From an uncultured Nitrososphaerota archaeon (GTDB lineage Archaea; Asgardarchaeota; Njordarchaeia; Njordarchaeales; Njordarchaeaceae), in assembly GCA_964518475.1 (NCBI GenBank), contig CAZFGR010000001.1, forward strand, positions 338,641-402,640: a stretch of 64,000 nucleotides of DNA. Direction: 5' to 3'. Shown one piece after another: positions 39,003 to 48,266 of the stretch. How positions within the stretch are numbered: position 1 is the stretch's first letter; every line of letters starts with the position of its first letter. A program made the position numbers and the translations under genes. The notes below the pieces were generated by a model. That model saw only the letters and a program-made list of their open reading frames with translations. It was not told the origin of the DNA and did no database searches.

Positions 39003-39976
39003 TTGATAACGAGCCTAGAGATTCGGAATTTCAAGTCTATAAGACATATAAGAATAGATTGTAAAAGAATTAACGTTTTTATCGGCGAGCCTAATTCTGG
39101 GAAATCCAACATCTTAAAAGCCATAGGTTTTCTCTCGTACCTCGGCTTGGGCGGTGCCCCTGAAAAATACGTGAGAACTAGGGTTTTCAGGGAGCTATTC
39201 TACGATAAGGACATTGAGCAAGAACTTGTCATAAAAGCGAATTTTGCCGAAGTCTCCGCGAAGGTGGAAGATGCTAATATAATGTTCAGATATAGGATCG
39301 ATGGCCCGAATCATCTGAACGGAGAGAGGGAAGACGGCCTGTGCGTCCAGATTTTTTCGTGGAATCTTTAGGTGTTGATCAGTTGAAGTTTTTCCGTTTT
39401 TATCGTTTCTTGGGCACAATAGGGACTAGGTCTGAGCCGACTGATTATCTTTACCCTCCCTCAGGTGATAATCTCTTGGGCGTATTGTATAGCAATCCCA
39501 ATTTGAGGATGCTTATCGGTAGTTTGTTTGAGAAGTTCGGGTATAAGCTTATCATTAAGCCGGATGAGAAACGGATCGAGATTTTGAAGATTATGGATGG
39601 TGTTGGCATCTCTCTTCCTCCGTATCTTGTCTCTGAGACATTGTTGAGAATGGTGTTCAATTTTACCGTTATCGAATCTAATAAGGGAGCGGTAATAGCG
39701 CTTGAGGAACCGGAGAGCCATGCTTTCCCTTTTTATGTGAAAATGCTGGCGGAATCTATTGCCGACGATAAGGAAAATCAATATTTCATATCCACTCATA
39801 ATCCCTACTTCCTCATACCTCTAGTTCAGAAAACCCCAATAAAGGATATTAACGTGGTTGTCACCAAATTCTCAAATTATGAAACAAAGGTTTACGTCGT
39901 ATCTAAGGAGAAACTTTCAGAGCTCTTAGATCTTGATGTTGACGTCTTCTTTAACCTAGAGCGCCTAATAAGGTGA
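39003..39976 (+). pseudogene. Frameshifted ABC-type (AAA_15/AAA_21-like) ATPase
   Basis: ORF 39003-39371 has IRNFKSI and Walker A GEPNSGKSN; ORF 39341-39976 has Walker B LEEPESH and STHNPY; they overlap in the -1 frame. Confidence 0.8.
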
Positions 39977-39980
39977 GGAG

Positions 39981-40484
39981 ATGAAAGAGATAATCGTAGA
40001 ATGTGAACCAGACAAAAAACTTATCGAAACTATAGTCGAAGTTGAGAAATTGAAAACAAGAGTTGATATCGATATAATTCATGCTGGAGATAAGCCGAGA
40101 GTGCTAAAACGTACTCTCAAAATTGCAGGGTCAGTAGGAGTTATTGATGAGGATCTATGGAGCGCTCAACCATCTGCTCTTAAGAAGTTCAAAGAGATGA
40201 GCGAGGATAACGATTTGATGATAAGGATATACAAGGGACCCAATGGTTCCACTCTCGTTGAATTAAGGCCTCGTCTTGAGGAATGGTTGTTGAGATTATG
40301 TAAGCTCTTTGGGATAAACCCTAATGAATATAGCTGTCCTCCAGATTTATTCAAGAAAATAGTTAATCAAAAACTAGATAACCTTGGGAAACTTTTAGAC
40401 GAGTTGCATCGCAAATCTCAGCACCTTAAGAGGTTCCATCAACTTATGGTTGATCTCATTAGTCAAGTTTCTCCGTCAGAATAA
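39981..40484 (+). CDS. TOPRIM-like partner of the ATPase
   Basis: IIVECEPD...GVIDED...LEEWL acidic motifs; starts 5 bp after the ATPase stop. Confidence 0.6.
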   Translation: MKEIIVECEPDKKLIETIVEVEKLKTRVDIDIIHAGDKPRVLKRTLKIAGSVGVIDEDLWSAQPSALKKFKEMSEDNDLMIRIYKGPNGSTLVELRPRLEEWLLRLCKLFGINPNEYSCPPDLFKKIVNQKLDNLGKLLDELHRKSQHLKRFHQLMVDLISQVSPSE

Positions 40485-41001
40485 AAGGGGGCACTTCTCA
40501 AAATAGTTGAGATGTTTTGGATTATTTAGGCAAATATTATCTCTTTCCGCAACCCGGTTCTAGCCAGTTAATGCCTTTCGCGACTTTGTGGTAAAGTGCC
40601 TTTATGGGTACTCTATCCATATTTATCTGTGACCACACAGGGGAGAGATGCCTCGATGAGAGTATACCAGCTCGGTAAGCTTATAGCTATGACGTTAAGA
40701 AAAAGCTACCAATCCATTATGAACCGAATTGAGAGCAAAGTGATAGTGTAAGTGTCTAAGTTTGTCTCTAGTTATGGGGTCATAAAATTCCCTGTAATGG
40801 GTTTGTCCCAGAGGGTGTTCATCTGCAGATTGAGGCCTGATGAGCTGTGTGCCCAAGCGGCGTCTCTCGCTGATAGGTGCCCATTGAAGGGGATGATATG
40901 CGGAATGAGAGTGAGTATTTCTCAACTAAATTAAATATAACTAAATTTTGGGAATACTTATTGGGAGTGAAAAACGTAGTGTAACATAGTAGGTGGTCTC
41001 T

Positions 41002-41205
41002 ATGCCCATAGTGCATGTTTACATGTGGAGTGGTGTTTCAAAGGAAGCCAAGATCAAGATAATAAAGGGGATCACGAAGACTTTCGAAGAACTCGGAATA
41101 CCAGCACACGCGGTTGAGGTAGTGATACACGAGATACCTAAGGAAAACTGGGGCGTAGGAGGAGAACAGGCAAGCGAGAAATTCAAGGAGACAAAACCTC
41201 CATAG
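41002..41205 (+). CDS. 4-oxalocrotonate tautomerase family protein
   Basis: M-P(1)-IVHV...VEVVIHEIPKENWGVGG; SD AGGTGG. Confidence 0.9.
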   Translation: MPIVHVYMWSGVSKEAKIKIIKGITKTFEELGIPAHAVEVVIHEIPKENWGVGGEQASEKFKETKPP

Positions 41206-41446
41206 TTTCAGGTAGCTTTCACTCCTGAATACGATGGTTGTGAGTCCTATGTTTCGACAAAATTAATCTCCACTTGTTCACAGTTCCGCGTACACCGCAA
41301 TTAAAGGGCATAAAACTTTACATTTAATTTCCTCTTATATTTGGGAAAAGTCAAGTTTGGGTCTATCAGGTTGAGTGAAAAGAACTCGTTTACAATTATG
41401 AAACCTTTTGGAATTATGTGAACTATTAATGTTTAAGTGTTAAAGA

Positions 41447-42249
41447 ATGAGGAGTCAAAGACAAACAGCATCGAGGAGAGCCACTCAACCGAAATCTTAT
41501 TATTTTGCGATGCAGGCTTCTTGGGGTCTGACCAAGCATATGGGTGGGTTGAAAGCTACTAAAGAGCTGATTGAATTATGTCGCGTTAATAAAGACTCGT
41601 GGGTTCTGGAGGTTGGTTGCGGCGTCGGAATAACCGTTTGCTACATAGCAAAAGAGTATGGCTGCGAAGTGGTGGCGGTAGACATTTCCGAAGAGATGAT
41701 TGAGAGGGCCAAAAAAGAGCTAAGAGAAATGGTGTTAAGGATAAAATCGAGTTTATAGTTGCGGATGCGCAAAACTGCCCTTCAAGGACAGCCTCTTCGA
41801 CGCTGTTATCTGCGAGTTTCGTAATTGTCTTCATAGAGGATAAACAAGAAGCAATAAAGGAATTCAAACGAGTGGTAAAGCCTGGAGGCTACGTTGGGTT
41901 TAATGAAGTAACATGGATAGAAAACCCATTTTCAGAGCTAGTTGAGTATTTGTCCCGTGCCTTAGGCGAGGCGGAATTTCTGACCCCTGAAGGCTAGAAA
42001 AGCTTACTGAAAAAAGCCGGTTTCTCCAACATAATAGCCAGGATTTATAAAACTACGGCATGGGGTCAGTGGATTAGCGAAATTAGAGCAATAGACATCA
42101 GAGATGTCTTGGGTGCGTGGGCCAGATTCCTAACACTACTTTTCAAGAGCCGAGAAGTGAGAGAATATGCAAGGGAAATAAGTAGGCCGCCTAAAAGTGT
42201 TTTCAGGATTTTTGACTACTTTAGCTATGGGATATACGTTAGTAAATAA
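41447..42249 (+). pseudogene. Disrupted class I SAM-dependent methyltransferase
   Basis: TKHMGG, VLEVGCGVG; continuing motifs VADAQ, LPFKDSLFDAVI and RVVKPGGYVGFNE lie in shifting frames; TAG near 41995. Confidence 0.82.
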
Positions 42250-42479
42250 GACAGTGATCCTTCATCCAGCGTGGGCACATTTTATACACCTTAGCTTGCG
42301 ATTATAACCTTCGAGAAAAATCAAGGTTGCGTGGATAGTATCTGACACATATGGACTTGTTTAGATTCGAGATTGAAAGTCGGCCAGAAAATAGAGCAAT
42401 AATAGTTGACAAAAAGTCAAAATTAATAGAGCAATAATAAACAACAAACAATCAAGTACTTACTATTGGGTAAGGATCT

Positions 42480-43202
42480 ATGCGAGTTGTTGTGAAAATA
42501 GGTGGCTCTGTTCTCTGGCCCGAGAGAACTTTGGATAAGGATCGATTTATCTCGTGGGCTAAAGTCATTTGTTCTCTGGCTCAGAAAGTGGACAAATTAC
42601 TTGTTGTTACTGGCGGAGGCTATATCGCGAGGGAATATATAAGGGTTTTGAGAGAGGCTGGTGGCTCCTCGTTTGAAGGGGATCTGCTGGGGATTCACGT
42701 ATCTAGGGTAAACGCGTTTTTGCTCCTGAGTATTTGTAAGAACTTGTGTAAGATAAATGCATATCCTGAGGTAATATTATCTGTCAATGATGTTCTCCGA
42801 TTGATTGATTTTTATCAAGTGTTTTTCTCGGGCGGGTTCTTTCCGGGCCAATCAACAGCTGGTGTGGCTGCGGAGATAGCTGAGGCTGCGAGAGCAGATA
42901 TTATCCTATTAGCTACTAACGTTGATGGTATCTATACGAGTGATCCTTTCAAGGATCCGAACGCGAAGAAGATCCCTATAATAAGTACTCAGGAATTGCT
43001 AGAGATAATTAAGAATTACGAAGCAGAGGCCGGGACGTATAGATTAATAGATCTAAACGCGCTTAAGATTATTCAGAGAGCGAGGATCCCTGTTGTAGTA
43101 TTTAATGGGAATAAACCGCAGGAAGCTGTTCAGATTATAGATCTTGTTAAGAGGAACGACTTAAAGGCTGTGACTAAGTATGGGTCATTGATTACTCCTT
43201 AG
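42480..43202 (+). CDS. pyrH: UMP kinase
   Basis: VVKIGGS, VTGGGYIAREYI, PGQST, ATNVDGIYTSDP. Confidence 0.93.
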   Translation: MRVVVKIGGSVLWPERTLDKDRFISWAKVICSLAQKVDKLLVVTGGGYIAREYIRVLREAGGSSFEGDLLGIHVSRVNAFLLLSICKNLCKINAYPEVILSVNDVLRLIDFYQVFFSGGFFPGQSTAGVAAEIAEAARADIILLATNVDGIYTSDPFKDPNAKKIPIISTQELLEIIKNYEAEAGTYRLIDLNALKIIQRARIPVVVFNGNKPQEAVQIIDLVKRNDLKAVTKYGSLITP

Positions 43203-43488
43203 AGGTCTCTCCTATTTTTTCTAGTTTCTTAACAAGCTCTAGTAATGCCTTAACAATTGGGCTATCAGTGTTTAGTTTGAATATTTTTGCTTTCTCGCTG
43301 GATCCTACGAATCTTATTATTCCCAGTTCCCCTAATTTCTCGACTCTTGAAGATACGGCGCTGGGTGACGCGTTGATTAGCTTAGCCATCTTACTAACAG
43401 TGAAGTACTCGTTGGGGTTCTTTAGTAATTCCTCAATAATTCGTACTTGTGTAGGGGTTCTGAAAATTTGATATAGCGATATAACCAA
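43192..43488 (-). CDS. Small winged-helix transcriptional regulator
   Basis: RIIEELL...TVSKMAKLINASPSAVSSRVEKLGELGII HTH pattern. Confidence 0.8.
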   Translation of the reverse strand: MVISLYQIFRTPTQVRIIEELLKNPNEYFTVSKMAKLINASPSAVSSRVEKLGELGIIRFVGSSEKAKIFKLNTDSPIVKALLELVKKLEKIGETSKE

Positions 43489-43534
43489 TGTTCATCACCG
43501 TGGATATGGTATAGGTTAAAGAGGTGTTCATTTT

Positions 43535-44116
43535 TTGCAAATTAAAAACTACGAGTTACGGCTCGATAATATTGTATTCAGGAATTGCGAATTTGAGGAT
43601 ATCCCGCAAGTTATGTTTGTGAATAGGGCGACGCTTCCAGAGAATTATTCGAGATACACGTTTTTATCAATATGGAGATTGTATAGAGATATGTTTTTCG
43701 TTGCTATAGATTCTAAAGAGGATAGGGTTGTTGGTTATATAATGAATAAGCTTGATGATGGTCCTTCTTTTTTCGATAAATCAAGAATAGTTACTAAGGG
43801 TCATGTATTTTCGATAGGTGTGCTTAAAGAGTATAGACGTAGAGGCATCGCCACTTGCCTAATGGCTCTGGCTTTCAAAGCAATGGGTAAGAGAAACGTT
43901 CATGAGGTATTTTTAGAGGTTCGTGTAAGTAACGTGCCGGCCATAAGACTGTATGAGAAACTCGGTATGAAAATTGTTGCTCGAATAAGTAAATATTATG
44001 CTGATGGAGAAGATGCTTATGTAATGGCTGTATTGTTTAAAGACGTTAAAACTTTCGCTGAAGAGCTAGTAGATTATCTAATCAAAAACAAAAAGGTGAT
44101 CCTCGATGGCGAGTAA
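43535..44116 (+). CDS. ard1: N-terminal acetyltransferase (Ard1/RimI, GNAT)
   Basis: TLPENY, GHVFSIGV..YRRRGIA, LEVRVSN, YYADGEDAY. Confidence 0.9.
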   Translation: MQIKNYELRLDNIVFRNCEFEDIPQVMFVNRATLPENYSRYTFLSIWRLYRDMFFVAIDSKEDRVVGYIMNKLDDGPSFFDKSRIVTKGHVFSIGVLKEYRRRGIATCLMALAFKAMGKRNVHEVFLEVRVSNVPAIRLYEKLGMKIVARISKYYADGEDAYVMAVLFKDVKTFAEELVDYLIKNKKVILDGE

Positions 44117-45926
44117 AGAGCCAAAGAGAATAGCTATCATAGATACGGAACGCTGTAGACCAGATAAAACAAATTACACCTGTATGCGTGTTTGTCCCCC
44201 TCAGAGAGCGGGAACCAAGGTATTCGAGATAGATGAGGAAACAAAGTTTCCGAGAATAAATGAAGATCTATGTATTGGCTGTGGAATATGTGCTAAATAT
44301 TGCGTCTTTAAGGCAATAATTATTGTGAACCTGCCGTATCCCGTTGAAAAAGAAATCATTCACAGGTATGGCCCCAACATGTTCGCATTATATAGACTGC
44401 CTATCCCTATCAGGGGGAATGTTACGGGATTGATAGGCCAGAACGCTATCGGAAAATCCACTAGTCTCAAAATTTTAGCAGGATTATTGAAGCCTAATCT
44501 GGGCAATTACGAGAATCCACCTGATTGGGACGAGATTATAGAACGTTTCAAGGGATCTCTTCTCCAGCAATACTTCTCCAAGCTCGCTAATAAGGAATTA
44601 CGAGTTGTTTACAAGCCTCAATACGTTGACATGATTCCCAAAATAATCAAGGGAACTGTGAGGAACGTATTAAAGGAGCGCGATGAAAGAGGAATAAGCG
44701 ACGTTCTAATCGATGAACTAAGGCTAAGAAGCGTTCTTGATCGACCAATAAGCAAGCTTAGCGGGGGAGAACTTCAGAAACTGGCCATAGCAGTCGCCAT
44801 GGAAAAAGACGCTGACGTCTACCTATTTGATGAGCCTTCATCATATCTAGATGTGCTTGAAAGGATGCGGGTGGCGAAGGCTATAAGAGAGTTAGCGGAG
44901 AAGAACCAGAAATATGTTCTAGTTGCTGAACATGATTTAGCAATTCTCGACTACATAAGCGACTATGTTTGTATATACTACGGAGAACCAAATGCTTATG
45001 GGATAGTATCCAAGCCTCGAAGCGTAAGGGACGGCATCAATATCTTCTTGGAGGGGTACATTCCTGACGAGAATGTGAGATTCAGGGCTTCACCGATAAG
45101 ATTCACGGTATGGGCTCCAGTTGATGAATCTGTCAAGAAAGAAGTACTGCTAACCTATCCAAAACTCAGGAAATCCTTTAACGGTTTCGTACTAGAAGTG
45201 AATCCAGGAGAACTAAGAAAAGGTGAAGTGATAGGTATTCTAGGGCCTAATGGGATCGGGAAAACAACGTTTGTAAAACTGATTGCAGGTATTTTGCGAC
45301 CAGATGAAGGATATGATTGGGAATTGCCTTCGCAATTGGAGATATCCTATAAGCCGCAATACTTAAGCGAATTCGTGGGGGATGATGAGTGGTTAACCGT
45401 GCGGGAAAAAATCGAGAAGGCGAGAAAAGGGGTTATCGAAGATAAATGGTTCCGAACATACGTAATCCACCCCCTAAGGTTAGAGAGGATCCTTGACATG
45501 GAGCTAGGGGATTTAAGTGGAGGCGAGCTGCAAAAAGTGGCGATAGCCCATGCTCTAGCTAAGAAAGCGGATCTCTACCTCCTAGACGAGCCTAGCGCCT
45601 ACATATCAGCCGAGGATAGGTTCTGGGTAGCTAAAACAATCAAGAATTTGGCGGAATCCAGTAATGCCACAATCATTGTCGTGGAACATGATCTCCTCGT
45701 TGTAGATTACGTAGCCAGTAGATTAATCGTCTTCGAGGGCGAACCTGGAAAACACGGAATTGCTACAGGCCCATATAGCATGCTAGACGGAATGAACAAG
45801 TTCCTAAAAATGTTGGGGATAACCTTCAGAAGAGATAGAACCACGAAAAGGCCTCGAATTAACAAACCAGGCAGTAAGCTTGATCTGCAACAAAAATCTC
45901 TTGGGCAGTACTACTATGTCGGCTAA
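44106..45926 (+). CDS. Ribosome recycling ATPase ABCE1/RLI
   Basis: N-terminal Fe-S Cys motifs, two ABC domains (LSGGELQ twice), TFRRD...RPRINK. Confidence 0.97.
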   Translation: MASKEPKRIAIIDTERCRPDKTNYTCMRVCPPQRAGTKVFEIDEETKFPRINEDLCIGCGICAKYCVFKAIIIVNLPYPVEKEIIHRYGPNMFALYRLPIPIRGNVTGLIGQNAIGKSTSLKILAGLLKPNLGNYENPPDWDEIIERFKGSLLQQYFSKLANKELRVVYKPQYVDMIPKIIKGTVRNVLKERDERGISDVLIDELRLRSVLDRPISKLSGGELQKLAIAVAMEKDADVYLFDEPSSYLDVLERMRVAKAIRELAEKNQKYVLVAEHDLAILDYISDYVCIYYGEPNAYGIVSKPRSVRDGINIFLEGYIPDENVRFRASPIRFTVWAPVDESVKKEVLLTYPKLRKSFNGFVLEVNPGELRKGEVIGILGPNGIGKTTFVKLIAGILRPDEGYDWELPSQLEISYKPQYLSEFVGDDEWLTVREKIEKARKGVIEDKWFRTYVIHPLRLERILDMELGDLSGGELQKVAIAHALAKKADLYLLDEPSAYISAEDRFWVAKTIKNLAESSNATIIVVEHDLLVVDYVASRLIVFEGEPGKHGIATGPYSMLDGMNKFLKMLGITFRRDRTTKRPRINKPGSKLDLQQKSLGQYYYVG

Positions 45927-45982
45927 CGAATCATTATTGAAATTTTCGCAAATGCTTATTCATTCACTTACTTTATTGAGCA

Positions 45983-46855
45983 CTATTTAGTTTCTGCTAA
46001 ATCGATGCCTAAAACGTCCCATACAGTTGGGGCATCATCAATATAGAATTCCTGAATATCCTTGATTATAGTGACTATTCTTCCTGTTGCATTGTGCACG
46101 GAACCAGGCACTCGTAATAATCTCACGTGATCCATGGTGACTTTCTTATCTATCCTGGGGATACTTTTACGTACTTCCTTCCATAGTTTCTGGATATCTC
46201 GTTTTCTCAAATTAGTAAGTAAGATATTGTTTCTCATAGCATACATCTTAAGTAAGCGCATTTGGTATCTATAAGCTAATGGCTCATCAGGAGAATCTGG
46301 ACTTACATAGACAGCTACAGCTTCGCGGGCTTCTTCAGAGAGTTCCTTTGCTTCTTTATCTAGTACCCACGCATGAACACCGCGTCTCCCTGAGTATACC
46401 CACACGATTTTTGAGAAGCCAAAATCTTCTCTGAGAGTCTCATCGATTATTAATGCAGCATCTACAACGAATTTCCAACAAACAGGACAAACATGATCCT
46501 TTCCTTTTCCACAAGTTCTCAAATCATCATAATCTGTTAAATCTATATCAAAGACAAGTTCTCTTCCCAACCATCTTAATTGAGTTATTGAGGTTTCAGG
46601 AGTAGGTGGAGGGTCGAAGAGAGCTCCAACATAAGCTGCTAAAACGCCTCTCTCGCTCATAAATTTTTTTAATTCGAAAGGAGTTTTGAACGAGAGATTC
46701 CTGATAAAACGTTCTTGCTCTTCTTCCGAAATTACTAAAAAGCCAAACTCTCTGTGGTCAAAATTCTCTACACTTACTACTTTTAATAGGGGTGCGACTG
46801 AAAACTTTCGTCTATAATACTCAGAAAGGATCTCTGGTGTTAATTTTGTGGGCAA
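45983..46855 (-). CDS. priS: DNA primase small subunit
   Basis: REFGF, ELVFDID, YSGRRGVH, IDKKVT, RLLRVPGSVH. Confidence 0.95.
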   Translation of the reverse strand: MPTKLTPEILSEYYRRKFSVAPLLKVVSVENFDHREFGFLVISEEEQERFIRNLSFKTPFELKKFMSERGVLAAYVGALFDPPPTPETSITQLRWLGRELVFDIDLTDYDDLRTCGKGKDHVCPVCWKFVVDAALIIDETLREDFGFSKIVWVYSGRRGVHAWVLDKEAKELSEEAREAVAVYVSPDSPDEPLAYRYQMRLLKMYAMRNNILLTNLRKRDIQKLWKEVRKSIPRIDKKVTMDHVRLLRVPGSVHNATGRIVTIIKDIQEFYIDDAPTVWDVLGIDLAETK

Positions 46856-46860
46856 TTCTT

Positions 46861-47049
46861 CTAGACCCCATATACAATCTTTCGTGTACGCGGTCTCAAC
46901 TTAATAGCCGTTGGCCAGCCACATCGAGGACACATTATCAGGTTTATTTCACTGAAAAGCTCCATGGAGATTTCAAATACATGTCCACACCTTAGGCACA
47001 TGTATTTAGAGCGGGCGCTTAGTGGTATTCCATCAGTTTCCTTTACCAT
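46861..47049 (-). CDS. rpoP: RNA polymerase subunit P (Rpb12)
   Basis: YMCLRCG...CPRCG...KLRP zinc ribbon. Confidence 0.82.
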   Translation of the reverse strand: MVKETDGIPLSARSKYMCLRCGHVFEISMELFSEINLIMCPRCGWPTAIKLRPRTRKIVYGV

Positions 47050-47150
47050 TAGCTATTTCCTCCTTGTTTAATGCATAATACCCTACTATCTAAAGAAGAT
47101 AATAAGAAGAAGTTATTAATTCTTTCCTCCGCGTACCTTTTTGTTTTAGT

Positions 47151-47228
47151 TGGTGCCCCGGGCGGGATTTGAACCCGCGTCGCCGGCTTGAAAGGCCGGC
47201 ATGCTTGACCGGGCTACACCACCGGGGC
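47151..47228 (-). tRNA. tRNA-Glu(TTC)
   Basis: Cloverleaf, CCGGC-CT TTC AA-GCCGG, CCA. Confidence 0.96.
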
Positions 47229-47392
47229 AATCGACCTAGAGCTGTATTCGCTATATATGTTTCATCGACATCTATTTAGTGATTAAGTGTAGATTCCCGA
47301 ACGGGTTTAAAAATCTTACTTTCCGATAAGCAAGCTTGCCAAATGAGGAGCATGAGTAATACTAAACAACGGGTTGGCCATTAAGGAGGAGG

Positions 47393-47469
47393 TGGTGGGG
47401 CCGGCGGGATTCGAACCCGCGACCACCGGCGCCCAAGGCCGGCATCCTTCCTGGCTAGACTACGGCCCC
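47393..47469 (-). tRNA. tRNA-Pro(TGG)
   Basis: Cloverleaf, CCGGC-CT TGG GC-GCCGG, CCA. Confidence 0.96.
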
Positions 47470-47597
47470 TAACCGTTTTCTCTATGTTGTAGCTAATCAA
47501 GTTTTTTAAAGTATTCGGTTAAGCTAGAGGTTAGGAAGCTTATGAGGATTATTTTTATGATAACTTTTTAGCTTTCTTCATTACAAATTTAGATGAT

Positions 47598-48266
47598 TTG
47601 GAATTAATAACGTTTTTAAAGAGACGGGTGGCGGTGGTAACTGTGAATAAAGAATTGGAGAGGAAAGAAAGAATTGGTGTGCACGAGATCATTCGTGTTC
47701 TGGGAGAGGAAGAGCTAAGATACCTAGATAGCATGAAGACAAGACGCCAGATAATAGGTGGTATTCTAATGGCGGCAGGATTAGTGAGCTGGGGGATAAT
47801 GCTCTACATGGCTATTCAGAACCCAGCCCAGAATTATGTCTGGCTCTTGGCTGGCTTGATCATCAGTCCCTTGTTGATGAGAGAAGGATCGGTAGCTATT
47901 AATGAGGCTAGGAGTATTTCCATTCCTGGAGGGGGGAGGTATCAGGTATTTTCAAAAATTGGTTGCATGAAATGCGAATATACTGAAATTAGACCTTGGC
48001 GGGAAGGAGAATATGTGGGGTTGCAGTTAGCTGAAAAATGCCCAAAATGTGACGGAGTAATGGTTGTTAAAGCGATATTTGGCGAGCCTGAGAAGAAAAT
48101 TAAACCAATAGGGCTTCCTATACTACAGTCACTTGGAGGGCAGACAAAAGTTGGTTTTTGGGATCTCTTGAAGTATTACCTCCTCGATATATTTACACCT
48201 TTCAGATTAGCTTTTAGAATGGTGACGAAAAAATTGAGAAATAAGGAGAAAGGTGGCAGAATTTGA
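47598..48266 (+). CDS. Two-TM membrane protein with zinc ribbon
   Basis: Two TM helices followed by CMKC...CPKC; overlaps the rgy start. Confidence 0.7.
   Translation: MELITFLKRRVAVVTVNKELERKERIGVHEIIRVLGEEELRYLDSMKTRRQIIGGILMAAGLVSWGIMLYMAIQNPAQNYVWLLAGLIISPLLMREGSVAINEARSISIPGGGRYQVFSKIGCMKCEYTEIRPWREGEYVGLQLAEKCPKCDGVMVVKAIFGEPEKKIKPIGLPILQSLGGQTKVGFWDLLKYYLLDIFTPFRLAFRMVTKKLRNKEKGGRI

Noticed and set aside
39341-39371. Programmed -1 ribosomal frameshift in the ATPase
   Set aside because: The T run is not a correctly phased X XXY YYZ heptamer and no stimulatory structure is evident; mutation or sequencing error is simpler.
37494-42400. Integrated virus or plasmid at tRNA-Leu
   Set aside because: No integrase, no duplicated tRNA end and no viral genes; the island lies on the tRNA's 5' side.
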